From: Octopus vulgaris
Lineage: Eukaryota
Assembly: GCA_951406725.2 (NCBI GenBank)
Contig: OX597823.1
Span: 7,874,001 to 7,938,000, forward strand
Reading direction: 5' to 3'
Length of the DNA stretch: 64,000 nucleotides
The position numbers and the translations under genes were made by a program. Numbering within the stretch: position 1 is the first letter of the stretch; each line of letters opens with the position of its first letter. Below the pieces are notes generated by a model. That model saw only the letters and a list, made by a program, of their open reading frames with translations. It did not search any database and was not told the origin of the DNA. This document shows positions 27,718-41,086 of the stretch, in pieces.

Positions 27718-28121
27718 CTAGCAGTATCGCCTGGTGTTGCTCGGGTTTGTAAGGGAAATAACTATATAAGCATTTTTAGAGAGTTATAGCCAAAAAATAG
27801 CAAAAAAATGCATTAAAAATGGAAAAAAAGGATGGTAAATTTTTTTTTAAATCGTTGACTCATCGTAGACATTTTTAGAGAGTTACTTCCCTTATATAAT
27901 AGCGAAAAAATGCATTAAAATGGAAAAAAATGATGGTAAATTTTTTTAAAATCGTAGACTCATTGTAGACATGCGCTAATACCCAGAAGGGCTCGATATG
28001 AATCACGACTATAAGATACCCGGTTTTGGTTAAACTGCATCGCAAAATGTGGGAGTAGTTAGGAATCTAAATCGGAGGAGACAGAGTCTCACACACACAA
28101 CTTCAATTTTATATATAAAGA
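27718..28121 (-). mobile_element. Non-autonomous Helitron family 2 (~400 bp)
   Basis: A|TCTTTATATATAAAA...CCCGAGCAACACCAGGCGATACTGCTAG|T on the minus strand; no TSD. Confidence 0.85.
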
Positions 28122-28699
28122 TAAGTCAACATTAAATACAAGTTATTTAACAAACACTATTTTATGGAAACAATACATACTATGGAGATATGAGAGATAG
28201 CAGGATATATGATATACAAAATTATTCTTTGCTTTTCTGATGTCAGTTTCTCATGCATTGTGTTGGTGGGAAATAAAATTTGAGTTGTAGGTGCACTAAA
28301 TTATTTGGGGCTCATTCGTGGTGTGATGGATGTAAAGAGATATGTCTAGCTGGGTAATTTCAGGGCCAGTATTATTTATATCAGATGTTCTTCAATACTT
28401 GAAGTACATTTGCTGCCAAGAGTAGTCAACATAAAACTGTCAGAGTGCAGCATTTAGCTGATTTAAATTTCCCAAAGGTTTAATGTGATCCAGACTATTG
28501 TGTTATAATGTACAGAGACATACTCAATATTATCTGAGTTAGAGGATTGAGTCTGTAGGTGAGAAAGATGACCAGCATATTTGTTGAGTCAGTATGATTG
28601 TCAATGATCTAGATGGATATGAGTATTGATAATGCTGAAATAGTAAATAAGCTGACATCAAAGACAATAGCCTCATAGTGTGAAGAGTCTAAGACACAA

Positions 28700-29652
28700 A
28701 GAGAGCTCTGCATACTGAAATCCACACTTAAAATAAATTTCAGTCTTAAAATGAATTTCAGGATGTCCAATTGATTTTGATGACAAGCTCCTGTTGACAG
28801 AACTTGAAAAAGATCATGCAGTTTCAGTGGAAGAATTGGCAAGCAAACTTCTTTCAAGACATACAGCTGTTCACCACCATCTCCAACAGCTTGGAAAGGA
28901 CCCAAAACTCAGAAAATGGGTGCCTTATGATTTGTTTGAAGCCAACCACAAATCCTGAGTGGATATCTGGTTGTCTTTTCGTTTTCACCCTTTTTGGACA
29001 AACTGGTGACTGGTGATGAAAAATGGGTTTGTTATGAAAATGTTAAGCTTTGTAGATATTAGCTTGGTGAAGGGAAAAGGCTCAACCATAACTGAAAAGG
29101 GAACTCCACGTTAAGAGGGATTTTCTTTCTGTTTGGTGGGATTGCAAAGGAATCTACTTTGAGTTGCTTCCAACTAATGCAACAATCAAGGATCAAATCT
29201 ACAGTCAGCAATTAGAGCATTTGAATGCTGCTTTGGAGAAAAGAGGCTAGTTTTAGTGAATTTAAGAGGAGTGGTGTTTCATCAGGACAAGACCCCACAC
29301 CGCAAAGATCACATCACAGAACATTGAGGAACCTGGCTGGGAGAAAATTGCTCATCCACCTTATTCTCTAAACCTTGCTCCTTTAGATTACAATTTGTTC
29401 TATAGTTTACAGAAACATTAGGATGGATTAACTCTCAAAATAACTGAGGGAGTCGAAACTGACCTTTCAGAGTTCTTCTCTTTCAAACAGAAAGATTTTT
29501 TCACTAATAGAATTAAAAAGCTTATGAGTAGACGGGAAGATGTCATAGATAATTATGCAAACTACATTGACAATTAAGTTTCATTGAAATGTAAGATTTG
29601 ATCACTTGTTTTCCATATTTAAGAGGTGGACATTACTTATGGGATGACATGC
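28700..29652 (+). mobile_element. Degenerate mariner related to 46763-48046
   Basis: LVTGDEKWVCYENVK and HPPYSLNLAPLDY remnants; right TIR remnant CTTATGGGATGAC. Confidence 0.8.
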
Positions 29653-29737
29653 TAATTATTAATTCAAATATTCTCATTCACATGTTTTAGTGATTCACAT
29701 TATTATTAAAAATATGGAAAGGATTGTTTCAGTTCTT

Positions 29738-29963
<226 letters not shown>

Positions 29964-29964
29964 A

Positions 29965-31222
29965 AATCCTTAAAATCCTTAAAAATGTTTTAGCCTGAAG
30001 GCCGCGGCCATGCTGGGGCACCACCACTGAATGAGCTACACTAATTTGTGAATCCACCTCTGCTACGTGGCACTTGATCAACAAGGGAGTTCGATGCTGC
30101 TGCCCGCATCCGCATCTCCTGTCGTGAGGTAGGTTCATCTGGGACTTCCGACAAGAAGAGATCCAGTTTAGTTTTAAAGAAACCCACATCCACACCATGT
30201 AAGTCTCTCAGGCATTTAGGGAGGATGTTAAAGAGCTGTGGTCCTCTGAAACCCAAGCTGTTGCAGTATCTGGACCTGTATTTTGATGGTGATGTTGGAA
30301 TCCTTGGCACCATGCAGTGGCGCCCCATTCTGCGGTTGGGGTAACTTTGAATGCCAAAGTTTGGGACAAGACCCTCCAGAATTTTCCAGATGTATATCAC
30401 CGCATATCTCTCCCACCTCCACTCTAGGGAGAAGAGGTTTAATACCTTCAGTCTTTCCCAGTAGCTGATATTTTGCATTGAGACGATTTTCTTTGTGTAG
30501 CTTCTCTGAATTGCTTCGATTTCTGCTGTTAGTTTTATATTGTGTGGTGACCACAGTTGGGAGCAGTAGTCCAAGTGGCTGAGGACGAATGTTTTCCATA
30601 GGACCATCAGTGTCTCCTTCTCTCTTGTTCTGAAAGTTCGGAGAATCCATCCAGCTAGCCGTCTGCATTTTATCACCAGATTAGCAATATGCACTTGGAA
30701 AGATGCATCATTGCTCATGTCAATGCCCAGGTCACGCACTGATTTTGACTCAGGGATTGCAATTCTTCCTGGGCCAGTGTATCCAGTCTGCACGTCGTTT
30801 ACCTTTGTGTGCCAGTAGCGCAGGGCCTGGAACTTACCTGCATTAAACTGCATGTTGTTGTCCTCAGCCCACCTGTATATTGTGTCCAGCTCCTGTTGCA
30901 GATGCGCAATATTTTCAGGGTTTTGTATTGCATGGGAGACTTTTGTGTCATCTGCATAGCTAGCAAGGGTGGTCATCGTAGCAACTGAAGGCATGTCTGA
31001 AAGGGCCACTATGAACATCAGTGGCCCCAAGACAGTGCCCTGTGGAACACCGCTTGTTATTTGCGTTTCTTGGAGGTGGCTCCATTGCTCACAACTGCCT
31101 GTTTTCTGTCTTTTAGGAAGTTGTGCAGCCACTCTCCAAGTTTTCCGCCTATGCCGAGACCACGCAGTTTGTGACAGATCATACCATGGTCGACCTTATC
31201 AAAGGCTTTTGCAAAGTCGATA
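29965..31222 (-). mobile_element. 5'-truncated CR1-group LINE, second family
   Basis: [31 protein letters not shown] and LDYCSQLWSP motifs; one frameshift; long (TA)n tracts on both sides. Confidence 0.92.
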
Positions 31223-31231
31223 AATATATAC

Positions 31232-31272
<41 letters not shown>

Positions 31273-31303
31273 CATATATATACGTATACATATATATATA
31301 TAC

Positions 31304-31334
<31 letters not shown>

Positions 31335-31357
31335 TATATATATACATATATATATAT

Positions 31358-31402
<45 letters not shown>

Positions 31403-31824
31403 TATACATATATATATATACATATATACATATATATATACATATATATATACATATATATATATATACATATATATATACATATATATATATATATACA
31501 TACATATATATACATATATATATATATATATACTCATATATATATACATATATATATATACATATATATATAACATATATATATATATATATATACACAT
31601 ACATATATATATACACATATATATATACATATAGATATATATACATATATATCATCATCATCATCATCATCATCGTTTAGCGTCTGCTTTCCATGCTAGC
31701 ATGGGTTGGACGGGTCAACTGGGGTCTGTGAAGCTGGAAGGCTCGCCAACCACTCCGCGAGTGTAGTGGGTGTTTTTTACGTGCCACCTGCACAGGTGCC
31801 AGACAGAGCTATATATATATACAA

Positions 31825-31891
<67 letters not shown>

Positions 31892-31926
31892 TATATATAC
31901 ACATATATAGATATACATATATATAC

Positions 31927-31976
<50 letters not shown>

Positions 31977-32025
31977 GTATATATATATACATACATATAT
32001 ATATACATATATATATACATACATA
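31223..32025. repeat. (TA)n/(TACA) microsatellite interrupted by an RTE-tail fragment
   Basis: Seen directly in the sequence. Confidence 0.95.
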
Positions 32026-32459
32026 TACTCTTTTACTCTCTTTTACTCTTTTACTTGTTTCAGTCATTTGACTGCGGCGATGCTGGAGCACCGCCTTTAG
32101 TCGAGCAAATCGACCCCGGGACTTATCCTTTGTAAGCCCAGTACTTATTCTATCGGTCTCTTTTGCCGAACTGCTAAGTGATGGGGACATAAACACACCA
32201 GCATCGGTTGTCAAGCAATGCTAGGGGGACAAACACAGACACACAAACACACACAGACACACTAAAAAAACACAGACATATATATATATATATACATATA
32301 TACGACAGGCTTCTTTCAGTTTCTGTCTACCAAATCCACTCACAAGGCATTGGTTGGCCCGGGATCTATAGCAGAAGACAATTGCCCAAGATGCCACGCA
32401 GTGGGACTGAACCCAGAACCATGTTGTTGGTTAGCAAGCTACTTACCACACAGCCACTC
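32026..32459 (-). mobile_element. SINE family A
   Basis: Homologous to 2531-2892. Confidence 0.85.
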
Positions 32460-32534
32460 ATATATATACATACATATATATATATACGTATATATATATA
32501 TATATATACATACATATATATATATATACATACA

Positions 32535-34391
32535 CAGGCATGCGAACTGTGTGATTCGGCCACTCTATGGCTCAAATATAGAGACAACCTGGCTGAAGAC
32601 TTTCAGCGCCAAGCTCAATTGCTCTATCCTGACATGCAGGGTATCAGCAATGAAATCTATAACAAAACACTCATTGACATTGAAGTCAAAATTGCTAAAC
32701 TGGGTGGAAATGAATTGTCGACGTATGGCCTGCCACAAGCATTCAGGTCAGGGTCAAATAGCCTTCCCACTGCTGTCATTCGTGAAACAACCTATGACAC
32801 TCAAGTGCTTTCAAGTACATTGTTGAAAACAAGCCTAAATTACTTCTGGACCAGCTGCAGGCCTACAGAACTATTCTTAACAGTGTACGCTAACGCGGGG
32901 GACAAATCTTCTTCCTCGATGCTCCTGGAGGAACAGGAAAAACATTTATTACAAAGCTTCTCCTTGCAGAAGTTAGGAAGCATCAGGACATTGCAGTAGC
33001 TGTAGCCTCCTCTGGCATTGCAGCTACTTTGTTACCCAGTGGCAGGACAGCACACTCAACTTTTAAACTCCCTCTCAATTTAGCAGCATCCGAAATGCCT
33101 TCATGCAACATCAACAAAAGCTCAGATCAGGGACAAGTACTTAAAATGTGTCATCTAATTGTCTGGGATGAGTGCATTATGGCTCACAAGGGAGCTTTGG
33201 AAGCATTTGATAGAGCCCTGAAAGACATCCGGGACAGTCAGCCTCCAATGGGAGGTGTAACGCTTCTGTTGTCAGGTGATTTCAGGCAAACTCTTCCTGT
33301 CATTCTAAAAGGCACTAGAGCAGATGAAGTCCAAGCATGCCTAAAGTCCTCTACGCTGTGGCATCATGTTACAATCCTCAGTCTCACTACTAACATGAGA
33401 GCTCAGCTACACGGCGACAAAATGTCCACAAAGTTTGCACAGGACATTTTGACACTTGGTGAAGACAAGATGCCTCTCGATGCTGCAGGACAAATGGAAG
33501 TGTGGTCATTTTCCTCTGTTGTTAATTCTGTAGATGACCTCAAAAACAAAGTCTTTCCCAGCTTCACACAAAACTACCAAAATCACAATTGGCTGTGTGA
33601 AAGAGCAATATTAGCTCCAAACAACGTCACTGTTAACAAAATTAATCAACAGCTAATGCATTCTCTTCCCGGCACTATACACACTTACAAGTCTGTTGAT
33701 ACAATTCCAGATATAAATGAATTTGTGAACTATCCTCCTGAATTTCTCAATTCACTGGAGCCTCCTGGACTACCTCCACACATATTAGCACTTAAAGTTC
33801 GAACTCTTGTAATGCTACTCCGCAATCTGGAACCACCAAGACTTTGCAATGGAATACGACTGGTGATAAAGAAAATGATGTCACGCGTTATCGAGGCGAT
33901 CATTATTTCTGGATGTGGAAAAGGTGATGACATCTTTATTCCAAGAATTCCTCTTACTCCATCAGGAGCAGAAATTCCATTTACATTCAGAAGACTGCAA
34001 TTCCCCCTTCGTGTCAGCTTTGCCATGTCCATTAACAAATCTCAGGGTCAAACCCTCTCTGTAGCTGGTCTTCTCGTGGAAGAGCCCTGCTTTTTGCATG
34101 GGCAACTGTATGTTGGCTGCTCAAGAGTAGGAACCAAAAGAAACCTTTTTGTATATACCCACAAGGAAAAACAAGGAACATTGTTTACAACGAGGTGTTA
34201 TAATCTCAACAGCCAGGAGGTATATACATGATCCCCTTTTTTTTTTAACAAACTTCATGTACTTTCATGTATTTATATTAATATACATATATATGTGTGT
34301 GCGTGTGTGTTTGTGTGTATCCATATATATATAACAGAAAAGTCTAATTCTTCAATTGAATGTAACCGGGCAACGCCAGGTATCTCTGCTA

Positions 34392-34392
<1 letters not shown>
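32535..34392 (+). mobile_element. Helitron, 5'-truncated autonomous-type remnant (PIF1-family helicase, frameshifted) with intact 3' end
   Basis: Motifs FFLDAPGGTGKTF, ASSGIAATLLPSGRTAHS, IVWDECIM, GDFRQTLPV, FAMSINKSQGQT and HGQLYVGCSRV. 3' hairpin ACCGGGCAACGCCAGGT followed by CTAG at 34389-34392. No Rep domain seen. Confidence 0.93.
33029..34231 (+). pseudogene. Helitron PIF1-like helicase, main open segment
   Basis: 400-aa ORF with SF1B helicase motifs. The upstream portion lies in a different frame and the C-terminus appears frameshifted. Confidence 0.88.
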
Positions 34393-34434
<42 letters not shown>

Positions 34435-34602
34435 GTCACAATGAGGTTATTTAAACTTCTTATATGGATATGTTTATCCAAGATACACTGCATACACATA
34501 TACATAAAGAGACAGGTACACAAAGAAGGACAAATGTGATATATTAAATGTTCAGGTACATAGTGCTAATGAAATAATATGAAAAAGGGTAATCCAACTT
34601 AC

Positions 34603-34674
34603 AAACTATTCAAAGTGGGAAGATCCCTGATTGCCCCTTCCATAATAAACGATATTGTATTATGTTCCAGAGAT
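34603..34674 (-). CDS. LRR exon 7 (L)SLEHNTISFIMEGAIRDLPTLNS
   Basis: 72 nt, intact splice sites, tandem copy. Confidence 0.8.
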
Positions 34675-35200
34675 CTATAGCAAAGAAAGAGATCATAAGA
34701 ATGTTAGCAAAAGATATTAAACATTAGGCTTAAATAATTAATTCTAAGCCGAATGATTGCTTAATAGTGATTGATTAATAGGAAAAATGAAGTCATGCTG
34801 ACAATTAATGATTCCAAATTGCATATATATTCATAAAAGCATAACGTCATTTATTCTGAAGGTGTCATCGTAGCTGTTATCCATTTTCTGTTAAATTGAA
34901 AAATGACTTGTCATTTGTTGTGATGTGTTATTCTTGTTTCCATTGTTAAACATGAATTTTCCAATTTGAATGAAATTATTTTTCTGCCCTAGTTGTTGAT
35001 TTTCCTATGCTATTCTTTGTCTTAATTAATTTTCATATTAATGTAACTGTTGTTGTATTGTTGCAATTCTATTTTAGTTTAATCTCGAGTGTGTGATTGA
35101 ATCAGATGTTTTATGACTGGTTATTAAAATAAGAAATATTGGCCTCATACTCTAAAACATATATGTGTGTCCTTATAAATGACATAATCATATATATACA

Positions 35201-35254
<54 letters not shown>

Positions 35255-35263
<9 letters not shown>

Positions 35264-36699
35264 CTGAGAATGTGTGTCTATCTGTCTGTCTGTGTGTTTC
35301 CCTAAAACTTGAGAACTACACAACCAATTTCATTCAAATTTTACACATGCCTTACTTAGGGTCCATGTAGTTTCATGGGCAAAACAAATGTTCAACTTCT
35401 TGCTTAGAGCGAGCCCAAAGCAATATCATATCTTCTCCACTATTTCAGTATTACATGTTAAAAGTGAAACAAAAACATTTCTCCATTTTATGTCAGATGC
35501 TTTCACTTTTACAATAAAAATAATAATAACAATTGAATTATATGTAGTAAGTAATAATTAAAATCAAACTAAAGTATAATATAATCGTAACATAACAAAA
35601 GTAAAAATAGCAATTGGTATAAAATTGCATCAATGACTTGAACTTGAATAAGTGGTTTCACATGAATGGGAATAAATTAAAAATAAAATTAGCGTGCAGA
35701 AATGGAATAGTCCAGATGGATAATAAAAAATTGAATTAAAGAAAAGACTATTGTCTATAAAGTATACAATGTAGAGAAAAAAGATTTGAACACCTGGAGG
35801 AAAGCACCATCGAAAAGTGTCTTGGTGCGACTATGAATGATATCTAACCAGAGGCGGTAAATTCGCCAGAATAGAAGCAAGGTTCGAGTCAACAGAGCAT
35901 TCAAAGGAGTACTCGACTTGAACTTGTGAAGTGGAAATATTTTATTTTTACCTTTACATCTGGGACGTAGGACGTCCTGGAAAAAAAATTTTAATGTCCT
36001 CCCCCCCCCCCGAAGTAGAGGTAGGCTGGATTGTAGCCACACTTCTGTACAAGAGGGAGGACAAGATACAATTGATCGAAATTACAAGAGACAGGCTAAC
36101 AATTCCAGTCTGTTATATATTTTGAGTATTGTTATCACTAGCGATATCAAGATATAACCTTGTATTTTGTATTTTATATGTAGATGTATATATATAGATG
36201 TACATGTAATAGATGTACAGGCGCAGGAGTGGCTGTGTGGTAAGTAGCTTGCTAACCAACCACATGGTTCCTGGTTCAGTCCCACTGCGTGGCACCTTGG
36301 GCAAGTGTCTTCTGCTATAGCCCCGGGCCGACCAATGCCTTGTGAGTGGATTTGGTAGACGGAAACTGAAAGAAGCCTGTCGTATATATGTATATATATA
36401 TATATGTGTGTTTGTTTGTGTGTCTGTGTTTGTCCCCCTAGCATTGCTTGACAACCGATGCTGGTGTGTTTATGTCCCCGTTACTTAGCGGTTCGGCAGA
36501 AGAGACCGATAGAATAAGTACTGGGCTTACAAAAAGAATAAGTCCCGGGGTCGAGTTGCTCGATTAAAGGCGGTGCTCCATCATGGCCACAGTCAAATGA
36601 CTGAAACAAGTAAAAAAAAAAAAGTAAAAAAAAGTAATATGTACACATATATACATGCACTAGCACTATGACCCGGCAACGACAGGTCTTTAATGCTAG
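35255..36699 (+). mobile_element. Non-autonomous Helitron family H, copy 1 (with SINE insertion)
   Basis: 5' region ...TATAACTGAGAATGTGTGTCTATCTGTCTG; 3' hairpin GACCCGGCAACGACAGGTC plus CTAG|T. Confidence 0.82.
36219..36633 (+). mobile_element. SINE family A nested in Helitron H copy 1
   Basis: Full head and tail; imperfect TSD gtaata(g)atgtaca / gtaatatgtaca. Confidence 0.85.
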
Positions 36700-36948
36700 T
36701 ATATATATAAGACTGAGAATGTGTGTCTGTCTGTCTGAGAACTACACAACGAATTTCATTCAAATATATATATATACATAGTCACAATGATGTTATTTAA
36801 ACCTCTTATATGGATATGTTTATCCAAGATACACTGCATACACATATACATAAAGAGACAGGTACACAAAGAAGGACAAATGTGATATATTAAATGTTCA
36901 GGTACATAGTGCTAATGAAATAATATGAAAAAGGGTAATCCAACTTAC

Positions 36949-37020
36949 AAACTATTCAAAGTGGGAAGATCCCTGATTGCCCCTTCCATAATAAACGATA
37001 TTGTATTATGTTCCAGAGAT
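36949..37020 (-). CDS. LRR exon 6 (L)SLEHNTISFIMEGAIRDLPTLNS
   Basis: 72 nt, intact splice sites, tandem copy. Confidence 0.78.
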
Positions 37021-37546
37021 CTATAGCAAAGAAAGAGATCATAAGAATGTTAGCAAAAGATATTAAACATTAGGCTTAAATAATTAATTCTAAGCCGAAT
37101 GATTGCTTAATAGTGATTGATTAATAGGAAAAATGAAGTCATGCTGACAATTAATGATTCCAAATTGCATATATATTCATAAAAGCATAACGTCATTTAT
37201 TCTGAAGGTGTCATCGTAGCTGTTATCCATTTTCTGTTAAATTGAAAAATGACTTGTCATTTGTTGTGATGTGTTATTCTTGTTTCCATTGTTAAACATG
37301 AATTTTCCAATTTGAATGAAATTATTTTTCTGCCCTAGTTGTTGATTTTCCTATGCTATTCTTTGTCTTAATTAATTTTCATATTAATGTAACTGTTGTT
37401 GTATTGTTGCAATTCTTTTTTAGTTTAATCTCGAGTGTGTGATTGAATCAGATGTTTTATGACTGGTTATTAAAATAAGAAATATTGGCCTCATACTCTA
37501 AAACATATATGTGTGTCCTTATAAATGACATAATCATATATATACA

Positions 37547-37577
<31 letters not shown>

Positions 37578-37585
<8 letters not shown>

Positions 37586-39022
37586 CTGAGAATGTGTGTC
37601 TATCTGTCTGTCTGTGTGTTTCCCTAAAACTTGAGAACTACACAACCAATTTCATTCAAATTTTACACATGCCTTACTTAGGGTCCATGTAGTTTCATGG
37701 GCAAAACAAATGTTCAACTTCTTGCTTAGAGCGAGCCCAAAGCAATATCATATCTTCTCCACTATTTCAGTATTACATGTTAAAAGTGAAACAAAAACAT
37801 TTCTCCATTTTATGTCAGATGCTTTCACTTTTACAATAAAAATAATAATAACAATTGAATTATATGTAGTAAGTAATAATTAAAATCAAACTAAAGTATA
37901 ATATAATCGTAACATAACAAAAGTAAAAATAGCAATTGGTATAAAATTGCATCAATGACTTGAACTTGAATAAGTGGTTTCACATGAATGGGAATAAATT
38001 AAAAATAAAATTAGCGTGCAGAAATGGAATAGTCCAGATGGATAATAAAAAATTGAATTAAAGAAAAGACTATTGTCTATAAAGTATACAATGTAGAGAA
38101 AAAAGATTTGAACACCTGGAGGAAAGCACCATCGAAAAGTGTCTTGGTGCGACTATGAATGATATCTAACCAGAGGCGGTAAATTCGCCAGAATAGAAGC
38201 AAGGTTCGAGTCAACAGAGCATTCAAAGGAGTACTCGACTTGAACTTGTGAAGTGGAAATATTTTATTTTTACCTTTACATCTGGGACGTAGGACGTCCT
38301 GGAAAAAAATTTTAATGTCCTCCCCCCCCCCCGGAAGTAGAGGTAGGCTGGATTGTAGCCACACTTCTGTACAAGAGGGAGGACAAGATACAATTGATCG
38401 AAATTACAAGAGACAGGCTAACAATTCCAGTCTGTTATATATTTTGAGTATTGTTATCACTAGCGATATCAAGATATAACCTTGTATTTTGTATTTTATA
38501 TGTAGATGTATATATATAGATGTACATGTAATAGATGTACAGGCGCAGGAGTGGCTGTGTGGTAAGTAGCTTGCTAACCAACCACATGGTTCCTGGTTCA
38601 GTCCCACTGCGTGGCACCTTGGGCAAGTGTCTTCTGCTATAGCCCCGGGCCGACCAATGCCTTGTGAGTGGATTTGGTAGACGGAAACTGAAAGAAGCCT
38701 GTCGTATATATGTATATATATATATATGTGTGTTTGTTTGTGTGTCTGTGTTTGTCCCCCTAGCATTGCTTGACAACCGATGCTGGTGTGTTTATGTCCC
38801 CGTTACTTAGCGGTTCGGCAGAAGAGACCGATAGAATAAGTACTGGGCTTACAAAAAGAATAAGTCCCGGGGTCGAGTTGCTCGATTAAAGGCAGTGCTC
38901 CATCATGGCCACAGTCAAATGACTGAAACAAGTAAAAAAAAAAAAAGTAAAAAAAAGTAATATGTACACATATATACATGCACTAGCACTATGACCCGGC
39001 AACGACAGGTCTTTAATGCTAG
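37578..39022 (+). mobile_element. Non-autonomous Helitron family H, copy 2 (with SINE insertion)
   Basis: Near-identical to copy 1; CTAG at 39019-39022. Confidence 0.82.
38541..38956 (+). mobile_element. SINE family A nested in Helitron H copy 2
   Basis: Same insertion site as in copy 1. Confidence 0.85.
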
Positions 39023-39271
39023 TATATATATAAGACTGAGAATGTGTGTCTGTCTGTCTGAGAACTACACAACGAATTTCATTCAAATATATATATATAC
39101 ATAGTCACAATGATGTTATTTAAACCTCTTATATGGATATGTTTATCCAAGATACACTGCATACACATATACATAAAGAGACAGGTACACAAAGAAGGAC
39201 AAATGTGATATATTAAATGTTCAGGTACATAGTGCTAATGAAATAATATGAAAAAGGGTAATCCAACTTAC

Positions 39272-39343
39272 AAACTATTCAAAGTGGGAAGATCCCTGAT
39301 TGCCCCTTCCATAATAAACGATATTGTATTATGTTCCAGAGAT
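39272..39343 (-). CDS. LRR exon 5 (L)SLEHNTISFIMEGAIRDLPTLNS
   Basis: 72 nt, intact splice sites, identical to the copies at 36949 and 34603. Confidence 0.78.
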
Positions 39344-39869
39344 CTATAGCAAAGAAAGAGATCATAAGAATGTTAGCAAAAGATATTAAACATTAGGCTT
39401 AAATAATTAATTCTAAGCCGAATGATTGCTTAATAGTGATTGATTAATAGGAAAAATGAAGTCATGCTGACAATTAATGATTCCAAATTGCATATATATT
39501 CATAAAAGCATAACGTCATTTATTCTGAAGGTGTCATCGTAGCTGTTATCCATTTTCTGTTAAATTGAAAAATGACTTGTCATTTGTTGTGATGTGTTAT
39601 TCTTGTTTCCATTGTTAAACATGAATTTTCCAATTTGAATGAAATTATTTTTCTGCCCTAGTTGTTGATTTTCCTATGCTATTCTTTGTCTTAATTAATT
39701 TTCATATTAATGTAACTGTTGTTGTATTGTTGCAATTCTTTTTTAGTTTAATCTCGAGTGTGTGATTGAATCAGATGTTTTATGACTGGTTATTAAAATA
39801 AGAAATATTGGCCTCATACTCTAAAACATATATGTGTGTCCTTATAAATGACATAATCATATATATACA

Positions 39870-39907
<38 letters not shown>

Positions 39908-40037
39908 ATTGAGGTAATCAGATCAGATGGTTCATATTTGTAGATATTTATTTATATATTACATTTTTTACATATATATCATATCATTCGGATTAGCGCT
40001 TGCTCCCATTCTAGTGGGTTTTATATATATATATATA

Positions 40038-41064
40038 TATATATAACTGAGAATGTGTGTCTATCTGTCTGTCTGTGTGTTTCCCTAAAACATGAGAACT
40101 ACACAACCAATTTCATTCAAATTTTACACATGCCTTACTTAGGGTCCATGTAGTTTCATGGGCAAAACAAATGTTCAACTTCTTGCTTAGAGCGAGCCCA
40201 AAGCAATATCATATCTTCTCCACTATTTCAGTATTACATGTTAAAAGAGAAACAAAAACATTTCTCCATTTTATGTCAGATGCTTTCACTTTTACAATAA
40301 AAATAATAATAACAATTGAATTATATGTAGTAAGTAATAATTAAAATCAAACTAAAGTATAATATAATCGTAACATAACAAAAGTAAAAATAGCAATTGG
40401 TATAAAATTGCATCAATGACTTGAACTTGAATAAGTGGTTTCACATGAATGGGAATAAATTAAAAATAAAATTAGCGTGCAGAAATGGAATAGTCCAGAT
40501 GGATAATAAAAAATTGAATTAAAGAAAAGACTATTGTCTATAAAGTATACAATGTAGAGAAAAAAGATTTGAACACCTGGAGGAAAGCACCATCGAAAAG
40601 TGTCTTGGTGCGACTATGAATGATATCTAACCAGAGGCGGTAAATTCGCCAGAATAGAAGCAAGATTCGAGTCAATGGAGCATGCAAGGCAGTACTAGAC
40701 TCGAACTTGCAAAGTGGAAATATTTTATTTTTACGTTTATATCTGGGACGTAGGACGTCCCGGATAAAAATGAAAAATGTCCTCCCTCCCAGCAGTAGAG
40801 GCAGGCTGGATTGTAGCCACACTTCTATACAAGAGGGAGGACAAAATACAATTGATCGAAATTGCAAGAGACGGGCTTACAATTCCAGTCTGTTATATAT
40901 TTTGAGTATTGTTATCACTAGCGATATCAAGATATAACTTTGTATTTCGTATTTTATGTGTAGATGTATATATATATAGATGTACATGTAATATGTACAC
41001 ATATATATACACATATATACATGCACTAGCACTATGACCCGGCAACGACGGGTCATAATGCTAG
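40038..41064 (+). mobile_element. Non-autonomous Helitron family H, copy 3 (no SINE; diverged 3' part)
   Basis: Same 5' region; hairpin GACCCGGCAACGACGGGTC plus CTAG at 41061-41064; empty SINE site. Confidence 0.82.
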
Positions 41065-41086
41065 TATATATATATATATATATATA

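Noticed and set aside
33029-34231. Host PIF1 helicase gene
   Set aside because: Intronless, frameshifted and followed by a Helitron hairpin+CTAG terminus, so it is TE-derived.
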